Shown here in pieces: positions 26,532 through 34,179 of a stretch of 45,067 bases of DNA. How positions within the stretch are numbered: position 1 is the stretch's first letter; each line of letters opens with the position of its first letter. Location: positions 476 through 45,542 of the forward strand of contig DBTH01000079.1 in NCBI GenBank assembly GCA_002306945.1, written 5' to 3'. The position numbers and the translations under genes are program-made. The notes under the pieces are model-generated. The model was not told the DNA's origin. It worked only from the letters and a program-made list of their open reading frames with translations, and did no database searches. Source of the stretch: Candidatus Methylacidiphilaceae bacterium UBA1321. Its GTDB lineage: Bacteria; Verrucomicrobiota; Verrucomicrobiia; Methylacidiphilales; UBA1321.

Positions 26532-27413
26532 GTGAAGCGACTCTCATTTGAAGCCGAACAAATACGCAGTCCGAAGAATTACTTCGACGGTGTACGCTGC
26601 GAGTGGCATTGCGAAACCGACAACATCCTTTTCTTCCTCCGCCGTTCCCGTTCGGAATTGCAGCACAAAACCTTCGCCAGCAAACCTCACAGCCGCTTCG
26701 TCCTGATTCTCAACCTTCAGACACCGGGAATTGTTTCGGTCGATAGAAACTACCTGTCCCTCTCGCCGGGACAGGCGCTTCTGATCCAGCCTTTTCAATT
26801 CCACCACTACCTCAATATCGCCGCCGAAAAACTGCACTGGCTTTTCATCACGTTCGAGACCGGAACACCCGAAGCGCTTGAGGAGTTCCGCTTTCAGGTT
26901 CTTTCCCTCGACGATGATGCCACCGCGCGAATTTCACGACTGATCCATCTTTATCGATCCCGCCAGAGCGCGTTGCGCAGTAATCTGGTCGGCGTCGAAT
27001 TGCAGGGACTGCTGATCGTCTTGCGCAACCGCCTGGTCCGGCAATTGGCCAGCCAACCGCTCTTCAAAAGCAACCGCCAGTCGGTTCGCTCCATGAAACT
27101 CCTCAAGGGCATTCACCTCTGTCTCTCTCAATCGGCCCGGCACGCGCACACGATTCCATATATCGCGCGACAACTGGCCCTGTCGGAAAGCCGGTTGCGT
27201 TTTATTTTCCGGCAGCAATTCGGGTTCAGCCTGGGCGCTTACATCCGCCACTATCAAACACACCAGGCGTTGTCGCTGATGCAGAATCCCGCGAAATCGC
27301 TCAAGGACATCGCCATGGCCGCCGGGTACACGGCGCTGTCAACCTTCAGCCGCGCATTCAAATTGCAAACGGGCGTTTCTCCGGCAAAGTTCCGCAAAAA
27401 ATATTTTGTCTGA
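26532..27413 (+). CDS. AraC-family transcriptional regulator
   Basis: GTG start and a C-terminal AraC double HTH (IPYIARQLALSESRLRFIFRQQFGFSLGAYIRHYQTHQALSLM...IAMAAGYTALSTFSRAFKLQTGVSPAKFRK). It is divergent from the oxidoreductase gene. Confidence 0.8.
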   Translation: MKRLSFEAEQIRSPKNYFDGVRCEWHCETDNILFFLRRSRSELQHKTFASKPHSRFVLILNLQTPGIVSVDRNYLSLSPGQALLIQPFQFHHYLNIAAEKLHWLFITFETGTPEALEEFRFQVLSLDDDATARISRLIHLYRSRQSALRSNLVGVELQGLLIVLRNRLVRQLASQPLFKSNRQSVRSMKLLKGIHLCLSQSARHAHTIPYIARQLALSESRLRFIFRQQFGFSLGAYIRHYQTHQALSLMQNPAKSLKDIAMAAGYTALSTFSRAFKLQTGVSPAKFRKKYFV

Positions 27414-27445
27414 TACTGCCAATCGCCCTGCGCACGGGCGTAAAT

Positions 27446-28543
27446 TCAGAGTAGCGTTTGATAGAAAGCGTAGCTCTCTTCCATGCGCTTCTTGATGTCG
27501 AGGCGCGATTGGGCCAGTGCGTAGCCGTTGGCGGCGCAATGGTCGCGCAACGCCGGATCGGACGCGTAACGGACGATGGCGCGGGCCAGGTCCTTCGGCG
27601 AACCGGGGGCGACAAGGAGACCGCTGTGTTCGTGCTGGACGAGTTCCGGTATGCCGCCCAGGCGTGAAGCCACGACCGGCTTGCGCAGGGCGAAGGCTTC
27701 GGGAATGACACGGGACTGACCTTCCACGCCGGTCGATGCGAGTGCAATGACGTCGCATGCCGCCATTAACTGCGGGACGTCTTCGCGCCAACCGACAAAA
27801 ACGACGCGGTCAGTGACGCGCAGCGATGCGGCCAGTTCCTTGAGTTGCTGCGGATACGAGGTATCGCGCCCCGGGCCGCCGGCAAAGAGAAATCGAATGT
27901 ACGGATGAGAGTCCTTGATGAGAGCCAGTGCGCGCAGAAGAATGTCGAATCCTTTTTCCGCGCGCATCATGGAGACTTCGCCGACGACGAAGGTCTTTTC
28001 GTCAAAGCCGAATTCCTTGCGCGTTGCCGAACCGTCGGTGGAGAGGTTGAAGCGCTGCATGTCGACGCCTTCGCCGATGACGGTGATTTTTTTCGGCGAT
28101 ACGCCGTTGCGGACGACAAGTTGATCCTTGATGAAATGGGCCGTCGCCACAACCGCCGTCGTGCCGTGCCGGTAGAAGAAATTCTGCATCGAGGTGGGCC
28201 GAACCGGCGCGCTGATGTGCCGGTAGCGCACCACCGGAATGCCCGCCAGCCGAAACGGTGCGCAGAAGTAAAAGTCACGCGAGTTGTGACAGCAGATGAT
28301 GTCCGGTTTTTGCCGGAAAACGAGCCGCGCCATTTCGAGAAAAGCCGGGGTGTCGATTGTCGATTTGCCCGGTATCGGGAAATAGGGAGTCCCGCGGTTG
28401 CGGGCGTATTCAATCGATTTGCCGTCTTCGCTGACAATTGCCCAGGCCTGGTGTCCCGCCGCGTTCGATTCCTCTACTTCAATCAGCGAACGCAGTTCCT
28501 GCCCACCCCACAACTTCCCGCATTCCGTATGAAATATTCTCAT
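27446..28543 (-). CDS. glycosyltransferase family 4 (GT-B, Glycos_transf_1)
   Basis: C-terminal domain with the E-x7-E region (STGVEGQSRVIPEAFALRKPVVASRLGGIPELV). Confidence 0.85.
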   Translation of the reverse strand: MRIFHTECGKLWGGQELRSLIEVEESNAAGHQAWAIVSEDGKSIEYARNRGTPYFPIPGKSTIDTPAFLEMARLVFRQKPDIICCHNSRDFYFCAPFRLAGIPVVRYRHISAPVRPTSMQNFFYRHGTTAVVATAHFIKDQLVVRNGVSPKKITVIGEGVDMQRFNLSTDGSATRKEFGFDEKTFVVGEVSMMRAEKGFDILLRALALIKDSHPYIRFLFAGGPGRDTSYPQQLKELAASLRVTDRVVFVGWREDVPQLMAACDVIALASTGVEGQSRVIPEAFALRKPVVASRLGGIPELVQHEHSGLLVAPGSPKDLARAIVRYASDPALRDHCAANGYALAQSRLDIKKRMEESYAFYQTLL

Positions 28544-28582
28544 TTCTCCACCCTTGTTGGAAGCTCCGCTCCCAAACCCTCG

Positions 28583-28725
28583 CCAAAGGGGGTGACCCCC
28601 TTTGGAAACCTCAGCTTTGCCGGGCTACAACCTGCCCGCTGCGGGCGGTTGTAGCCCGGCAAGTCGGGGTGTCCAGAGGGAATTATTCCCTCTGGCAGGA
28701 GGTTTGGAGAACGGAGTCCTCCAAC
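28583..28725. repeat. cluster of four consecutive palindromes/hairpins (REP-like) between the argA stop and the GT4 start
   Basis: P1 28583-28605 is a perfect 23-nt palindrome, ccaaagggggt-g-accccctttgg. P2 28617-28662 has a 16-bp outer stem plus a 5-bp inner stem with one bulge. P3 28673-28695 is a perfect 23-nt palindrome, ccagagggaat-t-attccctctgg. P4 28704-28724 has a 6-bp stem. Confidence 0.6.
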
Positions 28726-28745
28726 AAGAGTGGAAGAGTGGAAGT

Positions 28746-30029
28746 TCAAGAGAGGGGTTTAAAGAGGACCTTGGATTTACGGCCGCTCTGCTCATATTTT
28801 TCGCGTCGATCGGGCGGGAGGAAATCGGGACCGGCTTCCCTGAACCCGCCCTTCTGCTGGAAGAAATTGAACGCTTGGGTGGACAACGCGTAGATTTCCT
28901 TGAACCCTTTTTCGCGCGCGACGTCCTCGGCGAAGAGCATGAGCTTGCCCCCAATGCCCTGATTTTCGTGCACGCTGTTGACGTAGAGGCAAGCCAGTTC
29001 GGCCTTCTGTTCGGCGGGATAAGGATGCACGGCGACGCAACCGACGATATGGCCGTCGATCTCGAAGACGTAGTAATCCCCGATCTGGGCGAGGATACTC
29101 TGGCGGGTGCGTTTGACCAATTCGTCGGCCTCGATGGACTGCTTGATCAGGCTGAGAATATTGCGCACGTCCTTTTTCATCGCGTGACGAACCTGTTGAT
29201 ATTCGTTGGCGTAAATCATCGTCCCGACGCCTTCGTTGGAGAAGACCTCGGCCAGGAGCGCTTCGTCAACGCGACCGTCCAGGATATGAACGCGACTGAC
29301 ACCGGCCTTGCAGGCGCGGACGCTGTATTCGATTTTCGAAACGAGTTCGCCGGGTAATTCGCCGCGGTTTTTCTTGAGAAAATCGTCAGCTTCGCTGACC
29401 GACATCTGGCTGACAAGTTCACCGTCGCGGGTGACGCCGGGCTGGGAGGTGACGTAAATGAGCTTGGTCGCCTTGAGGGCCTCGGCGACTTCCTGGGCAA
29501 CACCGTCGGAATTGACGCGATAGGTGCGCCCCTCGCCGTCGAAACCGAGCGGCGGGATGACCGGGGTAATGTCCTTTTCGAGAAGCTGGTTGAGGAAATC
29601 GGTATCGACCCGCTCGACGCGCCCGGTGCACAGATGGTCGACGCCGCCGATAATGCCGTAAGGGTGCGCAATGACGGCGTTGGTGTAGCAAGCGCGCAAA
29701 TCGCTGGAAGCGAGACCTTCGAGGATTTCGTGGGTGATGCGGTTGGCGGCGTACATGGAGACCTTGAGGGTCGCCTCGTCGGTGACTCCGGTGCCGTCGG
29801 CATTGGTGATAATGACGCCGTCCTTCTTGGCTTCTTCGCGGATCTGAAGGGAGGCGCCGTGAACCAGCACGATGCGGATGTTAAGCGAGAGCAGGACGGC
29901 GATATCGAGAAGGATATTGGTGAAATTCTCGTGCGCAACAATGCTGCCATCGAGGGCAAAAACGAATACCTTTTCGCGGAAATGCGGAATATAGGTCAAT
30001 ATCCCGCGCAAATCAGATGCTTTCATCAT
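28746..30029 (-). CDS. argA: amino-acid N-acetyltransferase (N-acetylglutamate synthase; AAK domain plus GNAT domain)
   Basis: N-terminal amino-acid-kinase fold (YIPHFREKVFVFALDGSIV...IRIVLVHGA) and a C-terminal GNAT (ELACLYVNSVHENQGIGGKLM). Confidence 0.8.
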   Translation of the reverse strand: MMKASDLRGILTYIPHFREKVFVFALDGSIVAHENFTNILLDIAVLLSLNIRIVLVHGASLQIREEAKKDGVIITNADGTGVTDEATLKVSMYAANRITHEILEGLASSDLRACYTNAVIAHPYGIIGGVDHLCTGRVERVDTDFLNQLLEKDITPVIPPLGFDGEGRTYRVNSDGVAQEVAEALKATKLIYVTSQPGVTRDGELVSQMSVSEADDFLKKNRGELPGELVSKIEYSVRACKAGVSRVHILDGRVDEALLAEVFSNEGVGTMIYANEYQQVRHAMKKDVRNILSLIKQSIEADELVKRTRQSILAQIGDYYVFEIDGHIVGCVAVHPYPAEQKAELACLYVNSVHENQGIGGKLMLFAEDVAREKGFKEIYALSTQAFNFFQQKGGFREAGPDFLPPDRREKYEQSGRKSKVLFKPLS

Positions 30030-30143
30030 TCGGTTTTATATGTGATAGGAGAACCTTTTTCGTTTTAGCGTGCCTGACGCCGACGTCCAGTGGAGATTTT
30101 GCCCCAAGCGAAAATTCACGTGTCCGTCAACGTCCTGAAAGTC

Positions 30144-30177
30144 AAAAAACGCCACCCGGTTTGTTGCCGGGTGGCGT
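30144..30177 (-). terminator. rho-independent terminator after the gamma-carbonic-anhydrase gene
   Basis: On the minus strand, cgccacccgg-N7-ccgggtggcg (10-bp GC-rich stem) is followed by TTTTTT. Confidence 0.75.
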
Positions 30178-30200
30178 TTGTGAATGATACAAACACCCGC

Positions 30201-30746
30201 CTACGCGCTGAAGACGCGCTTAGGCTGCATTTTCTTGTGAGTCTGGCCGACAGTGACATATTTCTGCGCCCATTTTTTCAGCCCTTCCTCTTTTTCGGGC
30301 GGGAGCGTCTTGACGACCTTTCCGGGAGCGCCAAGCACCATCGAATGGGGCGGGATAATCGTCTTCTGCGTGATGAGTGCGTTGGCGCCGATGATGGAGC
30401 CGTGGCCGATGACCGCGCCATCGAGAATCGTGGCGTTCATACCGATGAGGCAATTGTCTTCGATCGTGCAGGCGTGCACAACGGCGCTGTGGCCGATGGT
30501 GACATACTTGCCGATGATGCAACCATAGTCGTCGGCGAGGTGGATGACCGCCCCGTCCTGGACATTGGAACCTTCACCGATGATGATGTCGTTGATGTCT
30601 CCGCGCAAAACCGCTGCCGGCCAGATGCTGGTGTAAGCGGCGAGTTTGACGGCACCAAACACAACCGCTTCCGGGGCGATGTACGCCGTCGGATCGACGA
30701 CGGGAGTCTGCCCCAAATACTTGGAAAGTCTTTCTTCGAGAGTCAT
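30201..30746 (-). CDS. gamma-class carbonic anhydrase family / hexapeptide-repeat protein (YrdA/PaaY-like)
   Basis: Left-handed beta-helix hexapeptide repeats and family blocks IWPAAVLRGDINDIIIGEGSNVQDGAVIH and IGHSAVVHACTI. Confidence 0.85.
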   Translation of the reverse strand: MTLEERLSKYLGQTPVVDPTAYIAPEAVVFGAVKLAAYTSIWPAAVLRGDINDIIIGEGSNVQDGAVIHLADDYGCIIGKYVTIGHSAVVHACTIEDNCLIGMNATILDGAVIGHGSIIGANALITQKTIIPPHSMVLGAPGKVVKTLPPEKEEGLKKWAQKYVTVGQTHKKMQPKRVFSA

Positions 30747-31012
30747 GGTTTTATAATCTTACGATCTTCTTTTTCCTCTGGCAATCACACGCTCAAATCT
30801 GGTTCTATCGCAAAAACTGTGCAGTAACCAAGGCATGCGGGGAATTCTACACCAAGTCAAAAGTCAAAACTTTTGCCTTCCAATGTCTTTAAAAGGATCA
30901 AGTTGCTACGGGGAAGAGCTATTCAAATTCCACCCGACCGCCTTATGGAAGGTCACGATTGTCCCTCACAGTTTTGTTTGATGCCGGAAAAAAATTTAGA
31001 TCAGCTAGAAGG

Positions 31013-31034
31013 AGAAAAAACGCTTCGAAGCGCC
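31013..31034 (-). terminator. weak terminator candidate after the last gene of the flagellar operon
   Basis: The 12-nt palindrome cgcttcgaagcg is followed on the minus strand by TTTTTT. The stem is only 4-5 bp. Confidence 0.35.
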
Positions 31035-31058
31035 TGAAGGGTTATTTGAAAACACGCC

Positions 31059-31760
31059 CTACTTCTTTGTGGTGACGGGGGAAGTGGGCACGGTCACTCC
31101 ATTGGTTAAATGCCCGGCCTGCAAATGCTCCTCCACACCCGTCACGCTGCCAGCGGAAAATTCCACATACAATTCGCCAATCGGCTTTTTCACGTAAACC
31201 GTCTGAAAGACCGTGCGGCCAAAGGCATCAATGACCTGCGACGTCTGCGGGATCAATTCGTAGGTAATGTACACCCACGTATCGATGCGACCCTGGGTGT
31301 CCTGCCGGAAGGAAGCTTTCGCGGGCTTGCCGAGCGATTTTTTGACATCTTCCAAAGTCATGCCGAGAATGACGCGCTTTTCGGCAATCGCCTTCCCTAT
31401 CGCATTACGCTGGGTCTGAGCCTGGCGGGCCGATTGCATCACCTTTGGATCGATCGGGGGCAAATCGCCCGGAAGCATCCAGCCTTCCAGATTGGTTCCG
31501 CGATAAGGCACACCGACGAGGTAATTCCCGTCGTTGCCGATACCGATGATCTGCACCGTCGTCCCGGCGGGAAGCGAGGCAGCCACCGATTGAAAATCCT
31601 TGCCCATGTAAACATTGGCCGCCCTCTCCAACGTGAGGGCGATCTTGTCGGAAATATATTGATCGAAATAGAAAACGTCCTTGTCCCGCAATTCGAGCGG
31701 CGTGGCCGTCAATTGAGAAATGGCCAGACTCCAAACCAGGAAGAGCAAAGAGAGTCTCAT
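31059..31760 (-). CDS. secreted hypothetical protein (possible SH3-like plus BamE/SmpA-OmlA-like domains)
   Basis: Signal peptide MRLSLLFLVWSLAISQLTA from the ATG at 31760. The segment GMTLEDVKKSLGKP...DTWVY resembles the BamE/SmpA motif. The domain calls are tentative. Confidence 0.5.
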   Translation of the reverse strand: MRLSLLFLVWSLAISQLTATPLELRDKDVFYFDQYISDKIALTLERAANVYMGKDFQSVAASLPAGTTVQIIGIGNDGNYLVGVPYRGTNLEGWMLPGDLPPIDPKVMQSARQAQTQRNAIGKAIAEKRVILGMTLEDVKKSLGKPAKASFRQDTQGRIDTWVYITYELIPQTSQVIDAFGRTVFQTVYVKKPIGELYVEFSAGSVTGVEEHLQAGHLTNGVTVPTSPVTTKK

Positions 31761-31845
31761 CGGCAAAGGCGGTTTTACTTTTCCATCATACGCCATCAGC
31801 GGGAAAAGTCCACACTGCTGCTACCGCACTCTCGAACAGGCAACC

Positions 31846-33135
31846 TCACGCCGCAACCGGCAACGACGGCGAGGAGGAGGGGGAGGGATTGAAAAGCCAG
31901 GAGACGATTTCGTTCCAGCGGTAAGCGGCGGTGTGTTTTTCGCGGAACTTCACGCGCGCCGCCGTCCCGATCGAAGTCAACATCTCCGCATCGGCGGCGA
32001 ACAATTCAGCGCTGCGGCGGGTCAATCCGGTTTCGTCCTGCGCCAGGACAATTTCCTCGTTGTCGCGGAACTCCGCACCCAGCTCTTTCCGGTGATCGGA
32101 GAGAAGCACCACACCGCTGGCAGCGCATTCGAACACGCGGAACGGCAGACCGCCCTCGACCGATTGCGGATCGGTAAACTGAACCTGGAAGCGGCCACTG
32201 CGAAACAGACCGCTCCATTTTTCGGCGGGAACTTCCGTCGTGTTGCGAAACTGGAATGAAGCCGGAGCCTGAAGCGCCACGCGCAATTCGGACTCGGTGG
32301 CAAAGCGTTCCGTGTGATGTCCGCTCAGCACGGCGACCGGCCCGCTTTGAAGGATCGCCGACAAACCGTGCAACCGGGCCGTGCGCTTGCCCCAGCGCCA
32401 AATCTGCTGGTTGAACAACGCCTGATGCACCGGATTGGAAAGCCATTGATTGATCACCATGGCGCGCTTGTCGCCGAGGGCGGCGCGTTCATTGGCGGCG
32501 AGTTCGTAGGGACGCACCGGCCACGGACTCAATTCCATGTCGGCCACGCAATCGTTGAGATAGTTGCGCACCGGAGACGGGAGCGCATTAGACTCGGTCT
32601 GGAGCGACGCGACGGACGGGATCGTTCCGGTGAAAACGGCGTGATCCCTGAGTTCGGGGAAAAGCGGATCGGCCGCATTCTGGAATTGCTCCAGGTCGGC
32701 GCTCAGATGAACCGGCAACGCTTCGTGACCGGAGAACTCGCGCCATTTATTGCGCCAATGACCATCCCAGGAAAAGACCGTGACCGCATCGTCCTTTTGC
32801 CAATGCTTCCACACTTCGGGATGCGCCAGTGTCTCAGGGCTGCGCATGTAATCGTCGTACCAGAAGGAAGCCTTCGGGATGGAACGCAACTGGGGAGATT
32901 TCCACAACCCCGGCCAACCGAGCGGAGCGTCCATGATAAAACAAATCAGATCGACCGGGCCGCTGCAAATGCCACGGGCCAGTTCACTGTCCTGGAGACG
33001 GCGGCACTGTTCGTTGCGCAGGGTGACGACGCGGTGGTTCCAGCCGCATTGGGCGGAGCCCACGCGCAGAAGACGGGTAAACAGGGATTCCACTCCCCGG
33101 CGGGATTCGACAAAGACAACCGTGCGCGCGCTCAT
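31846..33135 (-). CDS. CgeB-like glycosyltransferase-family protein (DUF3880 / Glyco_trans_1_2-like C-terminus)
   Basis: The C-terminal block FRVFECAASGVVLLSDHRKELGAEFRDNEEIVLAQDETGL...ARVKFREKHTAAYRWNEIV resembles the GT-B C-terminal half of the CgeB family. It starts 18 nt after the fliS stop. Confidence 0.5.
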   Translation of the reverse strand: MSARTVVFVESRRGVESLFTRLLRVGSAQCGWNHRVVTLRNEQCRRLQDSELARGICSGPVDLICFIMDAPLGWPGLWKSPQLRSIPKASFWYDDYMRSPETLAHPEVWKHWQKDDAVTVFSWDGHWRNKWREFSGHEALPVHLSADLEQFQNAADPLFPELRDHAVFTGTIPSVASLQTESNALPSPVRNYLNDCVADMELSPWPVRPYELAANERAALGDKRAMVINQWLSNPVHQALFNQQIWRWGKRTARLHGLSAILQSGPVAVLSGHHTERFATESELRVALQAPASFQFRNTTEVPAEKWSGLFRSGRFQVQFTDPQSVEGGLPFRVFECAASGVVLLSDHRKELGAEFRDNEEIVLAQDETGLTRRSAELFAADAEMLTSIGTAARVKFREKHTAAYRWNEIVSWLFNPSPSSSPSLPVAA

Positions 33136-33153
33136 ATTGCTCCGCAGCGGGAA

Positions 33154-33567
33154 TCAACCGCTGGTGGCCTCGGCCATGGCGGCCCGTTCCTGGGTGACGG
33201 TATTGTCGGCTTCCTGCCAGGCATCACGCAACTGGGTGATCAGGGGAGTGATCCCGGCGATGGGACGGGCGTCGTTCTCACGCAGGGCGCGGGACAATTC
33301 GCCGGTGAAAAAGGTGTAGAGATTGGACAGCCGGACGCAGAGGTCGGGATTGTATTCCGGACGCAGGCTGGAACTCAGTTCCGAAAGAATATCGGTGGCG
33401 CGCTGCACAGAGGTGGCCGCGGCGGCGCGGTTGCCCTGTGGAGGCGGGGCGAGATTCTCCTCCGCCTCGTGCGAAAAGCGGAGCAATCCGTCATAGAGCA
33501 TGACGATCAAACCACCGGGGGTGGCGGATTGGACTTGGGCGACCAGATAGGTTTCGGATGGATTCAT
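33154..33567 (-). CDS. fliS: flagellar export chaperone FliS
   Basis: 137 aa. The N-terminus YLVAQVQSATPGGLIVMLYDGLLRF and the four-helix pattern are typical of FliS. It sits downstream of fliD. Confidence 0.85.
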   Translation of the reverse strand: MNPSETYLVAQVQSATPGGLIVMLYDGLLRFSHEAEENLAPPPQGNRAAAATSVQRATDILSELSSSLRPEYNPDLCVRLSNLYTFFTGELSRALRENDARPIAGITPLITQLRDAWQEADNTVTQERAAMAEATSG

Positions 33568-33594
33568 GGTAGATCTGCGGCGGTTTCCTGGTTT

Positions 33595-34179
33595 TCAATT
33601 CCCTGGGAGATGTTCCCTGAGGAATTCCCGATAGTGCTGGAGCCAGGGGATCAACTTCAACTCAAGCACATCGGAAAATTGCACAACATCGGCGGCGCTG
33701 AGAGCGGCGGCGGCATCCTTCATCAGATGGTTGAAGCATTCCATGCGTTCGTTGATGAGTTCATCCACCTGATCTTCGGTCAGGAGTGCCCCGAGTTGAG
33801 GAATAAAGGAGATCTGCTGCTTGAGATTGTCGCAGATACCACGCCAGGTCTCGATGATCTCGCGGGGATCGGACAAGAGGCTCTCGGTCACCAGCTTTTC
33901 GCACCGGGACTCCAGTTCTCCGAGATAATTGCACTGGAGGGCGAGAGCCGACTGCATGGCTATTTCTATCGGGATCGACTCGATCTCACAGAGCATAGCG
34001 GAGTCGAATATGGAGTCGGCCTCCTCGATTGTCTTGACGAGACGTCCGTCGAATTTGCATGAGGATATGGATCTCTTTTGATCCATGAGCCAATCCATGA
34101 CGCCAGAGCAAAGCTCCTGGAAGCTTTGCGATTCCGCGGCAGGAATGGCTACCGGTTTCGAATCGATGATGAGTTTCAT
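33595..34179 (-). CDS. hypothetical acidic helical protein encoded between fliD and fliS
   Basis: 194 aa. Its ATG (34179-34177) directly abuts the fliD TAA (34182-34180). I recognise no family, and a FliT/FlaG-type role is only a guess. Confidence 0.5.
   Translation of the reverse strand: MKLIIDSKPVAIPAAESQSFQELCSGVMDWLMDQKRSISSCKFDGRLVKTIEEADSIFDSAMLCEIESIPIEIAMQSALALQCNYLGELESRCEKLVTESLLSDPREIIETWRGICDNLKQQISFIPQLGALLTEDQVDELINERMECFNHLMKDAAAALSAADVVQFSDVLELKLIPWLQHYREFLREHLPGN

Noticed and set aside
28583-28725. A possible CRISPR array or MITE.
   Set aside because: The four palindromes differ in sequence and length and there are no regular repeat-spacer units. I saw no terminal inverted repeats with target-site duplication and no cas or transposase genes.
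32314-34062. A 582-aa plus-strand ORF spanning three minus-strand genes.
   Set aside because: It is antisense to a clearly recognisable fliS and the neighbouring genes. Its Arg/Gly/His-rich, low-complexity composition is typical of spurious antisense frames in GC-rich DNA.
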